From the NCBI GenBank assembly GCA_044225175.1, contig JBGAJA010000005.1:17869-81868 (forward strand): a stretch of 64,000 nucleotides of DNA. The letters run 5' to 3'. How positions within the stretch are numbered: the first letter of the stretch is position 1; each line of letters begins with the position of its first letter. Positions 9,643 to 18,600 of the stretch are shown here, in pieces. The position numbers and the translations under genes were made by a program. Source of the DNA: Candidatus Omnitrophota bacterium (GTDB lineage Bacteria > Omnitrophota > Gorgyraeia > Zapsychrales > Fredricksoniimonadaceae). The notes under the pieces are model-generated. The model was given only the letters and a program-made list of their open reading frames with translations, was not told where the DNA came from and did no database searches.

Positions 9643-11022
9643 TTAATGCTGGCTGCTTTTAAATTCTGCTACTAAAGCCTGGACGGTTTGTTTGGCATCA
9701 CCAAAAATCATTCTTGTATTTTCATAGTAGAACAATTCATTTTCGATACCTGCAAAACCAGTTGCCATGGAGCGTTTTAAGACGAAGACAGTCTTGGCTT
9801 GATCGGCATTAATAATGGGCATGCCATAGATGGGGCTTGATTTGTCATGGCGGGCAGCTGGATTGACGACGTCATTAGCGCCAATGATGATGGCAACGTC
9901 CGTATTTTCCATCAAAGGATTGATGGCATCCATTTCCATAAGTAAATCATAGGAAATATTCGCTTCTGCTAAAAGTACGTTCATATGTCCTGGCATGCGA
10001 CCTGCAACAGGGTGGATGGCATATTTTACATCGCAGCCATTTTTTTCTAACAATTCGCCAAGTTCACGAACAGCATGCTGAGCTTGGGCAACGGCCAAAC
10101 CATACCCTGGAATAACGACAACAGATTTAGCGTTCTCCAAGATTAGGAATGCATCTTCTACTGACACAGATTTGGCTTCCTTTTTCTCAGTTGTGCCTTC
10201 TTTTTTAATAACTTTATTAAATGCACCAAACAAAACGTTAGTAATTGAGCGATTCATGGCCTTGCACATAATGATACTTAAAATGATACCGTTAGCACCA
10301 ACAATGGCGCCGACAACAATCAGAAGGGTGTTATGAATAACGAAACCAGTAGTGCAAGCAACAACGCCGGAATAGCTGTTTAAGACAGAGATGACAACAG
10401 GCATGTCAGCTCCGCCAATAGGGATAACCAAAAAGATCCCAAAGATAAGTGAAAGAACCATGATCGCAACAAAGATACTATATTGGGCTGGGTTCATGAT
10501 AAACATGATGCTAAGAATAACAATGGAACTGATTAAAGCGATATTGAATAAACGCTGGCCGGGAAATAGAATGGCTTTTCCAGGAATTTTTTCACTAAGC
10601 TTTCCCCAGGCAATAGCACTTCCAGTAAATGTTAACCCACCAATAATGATAGAAAGTAAAAGAGTGATTGTGTTGGTCAAATCGCTAGCTCCATGAACAT
10701 GATAGGCTGTCCAATCCACAAAAACGCTAGCTAATGCGCCACATCCGTGCAACAGAGCAATCATTTCTGGCATTTGGGTCATGGCAGCACGAAATGCAAC
10801 CAAAGCCCCTAATGCGCCGCCAATAAGGATACCTAAGATAATCCATTGATAACTTATAATATGTCCGTTAGCAAGGGTAGCTAAGACGGCTAAAAGCATA
10901 CCAAGTGCTGAAAGGATGTTTCCTTTGCGAGCGGTTACAGGTGAGCCTAGGAATTTTAAACCAAAGGCAAATAAGATGGCACTCACGATATAGACTAAGT
11001 TGGCTAAGAATTCAATGTTCAT
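9643..11022 (-). CDS. pntB: NAD(P) transhydrogenase subunit beta
   Basis: IGGADMPVVIS, PGYGLAVAQAQH, HPVAGRMPGHMNVLLAEA and GANDVVNPAA motifs. Confidence 0.97.
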   Translation of the reverse strand: MNIEFLANLVYIVSAILFAFGLKFLGSPVTARKGNILSALGMLLAVLATLANGHIISYQWIILGILIGGALGALVAFRAAMTQMPEMIALLHGCGALASVFVDWTAYHVHGASDLTNTITLLLSIIIGGLTFTGSAIAWGKLSEKIPGKAILFPGQRLFNIALISSIVILSIMFIMNPAQYSIFVAIMVLSLIFGIFLVIPIGGADMPVVISVLNSYSGVVACTTGFVIHNTLLIVVGAIVGANGIILSIIMCKAMNRSITNVLFGAFNKVIKKEGTTEKKEAKSVSVEDAFLILENAKSVVVIPGYGLAVAQAQHAVRELGELLEKNGCDVKYAIHPVAGRMPGHMNVLLAEANISYDLLMEMDAINPLMENTDVAIIIGANDVVNPAARHDKSSPIYGMPIINADQAKTVFVLKRSMATGFAGIENELFYYENTRMIFGDAKQTVQALVAEFKSSQH

Positions 11023-11309
11023 TTAGTTGTATCCTTTTTCTTAAACATTTTAAGCATGCGTTCAGTCACAAGATAACCGCCAACCACGTTGAATGTGGCA
11101 AGTGCAACAGCGGAAGTCCCTAATATGATAGTCAGTGTGCTATTAGCTTCTGCTCCAGCTGCAATCAAAGCGCCAACAATAATGATCCCGCAAATGGCGT
11201 TGGCTTCAGACATGAGGGGTGTGTGGAGTAAAGGGGGAACGCGTGAGATTAAGGCGAATCCCAAGAAGACCGATAAAACCAAAATGAATAACAAATATAT
11301 TAATTCCAT
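11019..11309 (-). CDS. pntA: NAD(P) transhydrogenase subunit alpha, part 2 (membrane)
   Basis: VPPLLHTPLMS..NAI, NVVGGY..RML; ATG at 11309 with GGAG upstream. Confidence 0.93.
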   Translation of the reverse strand: MELIYLLFILVLSVFLGFALISRVPPLLHTPLMSEANAICGIIIVGALIAAGAEANSTLTIILGTSAVALATFNVVGGYLVTERMLKMFKKKDTTK

Positions 11310-11320
11310 GTGGATCTCCT

Positions 11321-11380
11321 GTAGGGGCAACCCCCTGTGGTTGCCCTTATAATTAAGGCAGGCACGGGGGCCTGCCCTAC
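11321..11380. repeat. GTAG-type REP-like inverted doublet
   Basis: GTAGGGGCAACCCCCTGTGGTTGCCC ... GGCAGGCACGGGGGCCTGCCCTAC; GTAG/CTAC ends, and each half is a hairpin. Confidence 0.8.
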
Positions 11381-11381
11381 G

Positions 11382-12509
11382 TTATATTTTTTTCACCATC
11401 TCATTAACAACCGCACCCGCATGTGTAACCAACGCACCTTTAATAATGTCGTCTTCAACATTCAATTTGAAAGCCTTTGTATCTTTATCCCAGTATTCTT
11501 CAAGCAGGTTGTGAAGGTTAGCAGAATACATTTGAGATGCATTGACTGCAACTTTGCCTGGCAGATTACCTAAACCAATAATGCGAACACCATTTTCCGT
11601 GATGATTTCTTCGTTCGCTTTAGATCCTTCAACATTACCGCCAGATTCGACAGCCATATCAACAATAATACTTCCAGCTTTCATTTGAGCCACCATGGCT
11701 TTAGAAAGGACTACAGGGGCTTTGCGGCCGAAGAGTTGAGCGGTTGTAATGACGACATCAGACTGAGCACAAACTTTAGCCATGCCCTCTTGTTGTTTTT
11801 GGATTTGTTCGGGAGTTAAAGCTTTAGCATAACCTTGAGCGGTTTGTCCTGTTTCTCCAAGGTCAATTTCAACGAATTTGGCACCCAGAGATTGAACTTG
11901 TTCTTTGACAACAGGGCGGGTGTCAAAGGCTTCCACGCGAGCACCCAAACGTTTGGCGGTTGCAATAGCTTGAAGACCAGCAACCCCAGCGCCAATGATA
12001 AAAACGCGGGCTGGTTGAATGGTGCCAGCTGGAGTCATCATTAAAGGGAAGATTTTTTGTAAGCGTTCAGCAGCTAAGACGACCATAACATAACCGGCTA
12101 AGTTAGCTTGAGAACTTAAAGCATCCATTTTTTGTGCACGGGTTGTGCGAGGAATCATTTCCATGGAGATGGCACTGATGTTATTTTTAGCTAGTTCTTC
12201 AACGAGAGACTTCTCGTTAAATGGATCTAGAAAAGAGATGTGAAGGGAACCTTTTTTAAGCTGTGAGACTTCTTCTAAAGGGGGCTTACGTAAACGAAGG
12301 ATGATATCAGCATTCTTTAGGATATTGGATCTGGAATCTATGGTTGCTCCAACCTTTGTAAATTCACTATCTGGAGCACCGATAAAGGCTCCCAAACCAC
12401 TTTCAACAGCAACTTGGGCTCCTTTTTTAACCAAACGATCAACCGAAGAAGGTATAAAAGCGCAGCGTGTTTCGCCAGGGTGACTTTCTTTAAGAACTCC
12501 GATCATCAT
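11382..12509 (-). CDS. pntA: NAD(P) transhydrogenase subunit alpha, part 1
   Basis: RAQKMDALSSQANLAGY, GAGVAGLQAIATA and DMAVESGGNVE motifs. Confidence 0.96.
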   Translation of the reverse strand: MMIGVLKESHPGETRCAFIPSSVDRLVKKGAQVAVESGLGAFIGAPDSEFTKVGATIDSRSNILKNADIILRLRKPPLEEVSQLKKGSLHISFLDPFNEKSLVEELAKNNISAISMEMIPRTTRAQKMDALSSQANLAGYVMVVLAAERLQKIFPLMMTPAGTIQPARVFIIGAGVAGLQAIATAKRLGARVEAFDTRPVVKEQVQSLGAKFVEIDLGETGQTAQGYAKALTPEQIQKQQEGMAKVCAQSDVVITTAQLFGRKAPVVLSKAMVAQMKAGSIIVDMAVESGGNVEGSKANEEIITENGVRIIGLGNLPGKVAVNASQMYSANLHNLLEEYWDKDTKAFKLNVEDDIIKGALVTHAGAVVNEMVKKI

Positions 12510-12649
12510 AAAATGTCCTCAAAAGGGATTAAATTGTGTTGGAAACTTTTCACATAATCTAACAAATTAACCCTCCAGTCAAGGATCAATTCAGAAAAAG
12601 CCTTCAGTTGGCTATATATATAAATATAGGGTATACTTTTTCCAATTCT

Positions 12650-15600
12650 ATGAAATTCCCGTTTAAAAAGCCTTTAATCCTGTGGATTCTCTTTGCCTTT
12701 GTGGTCAATACTTTTGGGCCCTTGCCAGCTTCTGCCCAAGAGATAACACTCCCAAAGCCTGGTGAGATGGTGCATTTAAGTACAGCTGTAAACCCACCCA
12801 TCCTAAAGGGACTCAAGGTCCACCCAGATAACCCTTTTAGGTTCGATTTTATCCTGGATCAGGGGGAACAGCCCGACGCTATTTCGACTAAATTGAAGGA
12901 AGATTCCACCCGTCTAATCAAGTACTTTTTAGCCTCTTTAACGATTCCCGAAGTGGATCTTTGGGTCAACTTAAGCCCCTATGAGAAAGACAGAATCATC
13001 CCAAACAGCTTTGGCTTAACCGAGATGGGGCGCGACCTTCTAGCCCAGGATTACATGCTCAAGCAGATTACCGCCAGCTTGATCTATCCAGAAGCCGAAG
13101 TGGGAAAGAGATTCTGGAAGCGAATCTATGAGGAAGCAGCCAAAAGGTATGGAAACACCAATATTCCAGTCAACACCTTCAACAAGGTTTGGATAGTTCC
13201 TGAGAAGGCGGTTGTCTATGAGAACGCAAAGGCTGAGACAGCTTATGTGGTTGAGTCCAGGCTCAAGGTTATGCTGGAAGAAGATTACCTATCCAAAGCC
13301 AAGAATGACCTTCAATCTAAAGCCAACAGCCCGTCGCTAAATGCCTCTAATTTAGGATCTCAAATCATCCGAGAAATCGTCCTTCCAGAGCTGATCAAAG
13401 AGGTGAATGAAGGTGCCAACTTTGCCCAGCTCAGACAAGTCTACAGCAGTCTAATCTTAGCTACGTGGTACAAGAAAAAGATCAAAGACAGCATTCTATC
13501 CCAAGTCTATTCAGACAAGAATAAAGTCTCCGGAATTGATATTAATGATCCAGCCCAAAAGGACAAGATCTATCAGCAGTATATCCAAGCTTTCAAAAAG
13601 GGCGTCTACAACTACATCAAGGAAGAAATTGATCCAGCAACTCAGCAAGCTATTCCTAGGAAATATTTCTCAGGAGGAGCTAAGTTTGGCAATTTGGCTA
13701 TGACAACTACAAACCAATTTCCTCAAGTTATTCCTGCTGGTTTAGTTGCTATCCAAGCCGAAATTAAGAGTAGTAATCCAGAAGGAAAGACAAATGCGGC
13801 AATGATAGCCCCTCTAACTGCTGGAGAAAAGTTTGTATCAGAATTGGACGATAAAATTATTCTTGATGGCCAAGGGCGAATTAGGTACGCCGCTGGACAT
13901 CCTACACCAATTGTTAAACCATTGTTTACATTCCTAGCTGAGCGTCATGGTGAGACTTTTGCAAATCTTGACGAACGGGCGCAGGGAGTTGCTGATGAGA
14001 ACCATTTAAATGAATCAACGCCGCATGGATTGGATCAAGGCAGAGATTCCGCCAAAGGATTATTCCAACGAGCAGATATTCAAGAAATGATTCGAAAGAG
14101 AATTCCTATTGTTGTCCTAACGAGTGGGAAAAAGCGAACGACGCAGGCCGCAGAACCCTTTATTAGACGCGTAGAAGAAGCAGGTGGGATTATTGAATAT
14201 GCCCCAGAGGAATTGATGAAAGGCGCTTCTGAAATAAATTTTGGAGCTGTGGAAAATAAAAAACTATCTCATTTTTCTCCAGAAGAAATTGAGATTCTTA
14301 ATCAGTATAGAAAACAATTAAGTGCAACTGCCAAATTCAAAGGCGGTGAAAGTTTTTTAGAATTGTTAATCAAGATCAAGAAATGGTTAGAAGAGTTAAA
14401 TAGGCTTTATGCCGGCCGGACAGTCGTGCTATTTGGACATGGTACACAACTAAAAGCAGTTCAAACCTTGCTGGGAGATCCATTGATAGTAGATCCTTCG
14501 GGATATATTAATCGAAATGCCTACGTAATTCCTAATGGCAAGATTATTGAATTACATAGTCCAGCCATGGCTGCCCCAGCCATAAAATCTACTTTCGATG
14601 GATCAGCTCTAAAGTATAGCTCTGATTCTATAATCCAAAACGCACCAGAATTTGAAAGGGTTGATATGTTTCTTGATTGGTATAAGGCCAATCGAGAAAA
14701 ATTACCAGCCAAAGATGGTTATAGAGAATTCTTAAGTGCTTCTTATACGGCTAACGTTTTAATGCATGCAGGTAAGATCACAATAGAAAGGTTGGAAGAA
14801 TTTCAAAGAGAGGCAGGTGCTTATGAATATGGTCAAGAATCTGCTGTAATCCAGAATGCTCCGGAATTTGATGATGTAGAGAAATTCTTAAAATGGTATG
14901 ACGACAAACATGAACAACTGCGGTCTAAGGACCATCCTGAAGAATTTTTATCTAGAAGTTACACCTTTCAAGTCTTGAGACGTTGGGGAAAAATTAAGCA
15001 AAAGAAATTCCAGAGTATTTTGAGGCATATTATCTCTTATGAATACGCCCAGGAGTCTATAGTTATTAAGCATGCCCCAAAATTTGAGGACGTGGAAGCC
15101 TATCTTAAATGGTATAGAACTAATCGAGAACAATTGCCATTTAAAGATGATCCTAAGAAATTCTTAACTGCTGGTTCTGTTGTTATGGCATTGATGCATG
15201 CTGGAAAGATTGATAAAGAAAATTTTCAAGATTTTCAAAGGCATGTAGGAGCTTATGAATATGCTCAGGAATCCGAAATTATACTCAGTGCTCCAGAATT
15301 TAATGATGTAGGATATTTTTTAAAATGGTTTAGAACGAATGGAGAGAAATTAAGATCTAAAGAAAATCCTGAGATATTTATAAGTGCAAGTTATGCCGCG
15401 CTTTGTTTAATGTATGCCAGAAAGATTAAACGCGAGAAATTGGAGCATTTTCAAAGGCAGGCTGGAGCTTACGAGTATGCCCAGGAATCTGCGATTATAC
15501 AAAGTGCACCAGAATTTAATGAGATAAGCGAATTTATAAAATGGTATAGAGCAAATCGTGTGCTACTGCGCTCAAAAGAGCATCCAGAAGAATCTTTAAG

Positions 15601-18600
15601 CGGAAGTTATACGGCTCAAGTTTTAATGCATGCAGGTAAGATTCCTTCAGAAAGATTAACAAAGTTTCAGTTACATGTGGGAGCCTATCAACGCGCAATA
15701 GATGAAGAGAAAATAATTACAGCAGAAATGCAAAGAATTTGGAAAGAGTCGATTCACAAAGAACTCTCAGGGCTCCCTCGAATCAAAGCCGCCTTTAATC
15801 CGCAACTATTATTAAATAAAAGAATCTCAAAAGGTCCATCCAAACCATTAGGAGCGGAATATCGCAATCTAATCCTCACATATGCGTATGAGTATTATGG
15901 AGAAAAAGAAGAAGCTTCGATAAACCCGGCTATGGCTTCCAATCTGGGAAACGTTTCTGTAGCAGAGAGAGCTTCCTATCTTGTTTATCGATATTTATTG
16001 TTGGCTTTATATCAACTGCGTGGAAGTGGTGAATATTTGGATCGTCGTGCAATCATGGATCATTTAATGAAAAATTCAGATTATAAAAGGGAGGTTTTTA
16101 ATCCTAATTCAGGCTGGGTTGATATTAATTTTAGGAAAACTGGCATTTTAGGAGTGGGTCTTATTATTAAAATGCCAGATGAGAAGAAATTTAAGTTAAC
16201 AGAAGCCGGAATTGCTTTTATGGAACGATCTTATCGATTAACAGGTGATGCTTTCATTTTAGCTTTAAAAGATCAACAAAAACAATATGCTCAAGGTTCA
16301 ATAGATTCTAAGAGCGGGGAAGATCCTGTTGAACTGGTTAGATATCCCAAAGATTTCAATATTCTTAATAAAGTTAAACTAAAAATTGCTATTGCGGACA
16401 GCGTTGTTCAAAAGACAGTCGATTCTAAATTACAATATGTGGTTAATTTAGAAGAGGTAATTGAGAAATATTCTGAAGGATTATCGCCTAGATACTTAAT
16501 ACAAGCACAACAACTTTCTAAGTTAATAGAAAAACAACTTGTAGCCTTTGGCTTTACCAAGGCTAGAGATATGGGTCTTGATAAATCAAATTTATATAGT
16601 AGAGACCGTTCCTATAATCTTGATTTGATTGCAAATCCAAACATCATTAGAACCCAAGATGAAATAAATTTTGAACCTTATCGCAATTTTCTACTTGCTT
16701 TGCATAGGCTCAATTCTGAAGAAATAAAAGATTCCTATAGCCCTCAAGAGGTTTGGAAAAAGATTCAAGTGCTCTCGCGAGAAATGGAATTGCAAGTAGT
16801 GTTTTCTTCGGTAACTGCAAAACAACTTAAAAGTGCTTATGAATCTATGGCTCAAAGGGGTGTTTTATTAATAGAAAGAACTGAGAAAGGGTATAGGTTA
16901 AGTTCTGAAGGATTGAAATTCATGCAAGAAAATGGGAATTTGATAAAGGAAAGTTTGCTTAAGGCTCTAAAAAGACATTTGTATGATATAGAACAATACG
17001 AGTTAAGAAGGGAATGGTTAAGATTGCCGCAAGCTGGTGGGACATTGAACAATGCTCCTACAGGTGATCAAGTTTATAAACCTAAGTTATTATCTGAAGT
17101 TGAATTCAGAAGTATAGAAGAAATATTCGAAGCGTCATCGCACCCAGAAGTAGGCCAGTGGTTAACTTCTCAAGATATTGTTGCTTTTGAAGGACATCAA
17201 ATTGGCAAGGACAGAATTCTTAAAGCTTTAAAGTCTCCTTTTAGAACTAGTCTTGAGAGTATGGGATTGGCAAATACAGTTTTTTATCCTGTCAAAGTTA
17301 ATCAACCCATGTTAATTCAGAAAGATTTTGAGCAATTAATCAGCAAAAGAAAAGATGAAGGAAATTTCAATATTCTCATTTATCAAATTGGACTAGGTGA
17401 GGAAGGTTTTCTTGAAACTAGAGATATTTTTAACGCTTTAAAAAATGCGTTTCATCAAGCGGGGATATCTCAAGAAGATCAACAAAAGTGGAAAGTTACA
17501 TTTATTGGTGTTGATGTCATTAAAACTATTGTGGATGATTTTATTCAGAAATTTTCTGTAAAGACTGATTTCCAGAGCAATATTTTGACCATTAGAGCGG
17601 ATGCTTTGGTAGAGGACCAGATGAGATGGTTAGGAGAGAAGTTTAAGTCAGATTATTTGTTCTTTCGTAATGTAGCCTATGGAAATTATCGAGCGTCTAG
17701 AGGTCATTTAAAAAGCTATATCAATGTTGTAGAGACGCTTGCTATTTATCTGGGTACCAAAAATATACTTAAACATCTAAGTGTTCCAGAAACTCGTTTT
17801 GTAATTGAGCCTGCCCAAGAATTTGAAAACACCCAGAATTATGTCTTCCATGCCCCAGGAACACGCATCGTAACATTGAAACATTATGATCCCACAAAAG
17901 AATTTTTAGATCTAAACAATGTGATTAACACAGGGACAGGAATATATAAGGTATTAGATCCAGGTGCAATGGACAGAGAAGGTCTGCAATATTTTCTTGA
18001 TCATGTTACTGAATTTGAAAAGCCTGTGGCTGACCAAGCTCAAAAGGCCCCCTCTCTTTCTAGTTATTCTACTTTGAAACTTAATGATCGCAGCAATTTA
18101 TCAATGACCCTTATAGGCTCAAATCCAGGATCTCGAGCAGATTATATTAAGGTGGGGAATAGGAAAGACTATAAGTATGGATTTACTCGAGAAGAATTGC
18201 TTCAGCGTGAGGCGGCTTTGATGCAGGTGTTATCGACAGATCAAAGATATAATCAAATAAGAAAATATCTTCCAGTTTTTAAAGGTTTGGGACGTCTTGA
18301 TATTTCTGATGTACGTAATGTGATACCGCGTCTGCCTAGGCGTTCTTCAATTCCAGATGTTCCTCCGAGGTTTTTTCAAGAAGAGGATTTCTTAGGTTCA
18401 TATATGGTAACAGAGGATGCTGGTGATCCGATATATGCTATTGCCAATGAAGTTAGGGAAGGAAAACTGACCGAAGATGACTTGTTGAAAACAATGTCCT
18501 TGTTAGTTCAATCAATCTACGATTTTCATCATGCTGGGATTGCTTTTGGAGACCTCACTCCAGATGAAATTTTTATAGCACCCTCTACAGAGAAGGTGAC

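Noticed and set aside
11310-11330. Longer pntA part-2 start (MPLQEIH..)
   Set aside because: It begins inside the REP-like element; ATG 11309 has a proper RBS.
14618-15694. Regularly spaced repeats as a possible CRISPR array
   Set aside because: The 216-nt units are in-frame, diverged at synonymous sites and have no repeat-spacer structure; no cas genes are nearby.
17957-17971. DPGAM as an extra boundary motif in giant 1
   Set aside because: It does not fit [D/N/S]-x-A-M spacing and lies ~25 aa before a better DQAQ boundary, so it may be chance.
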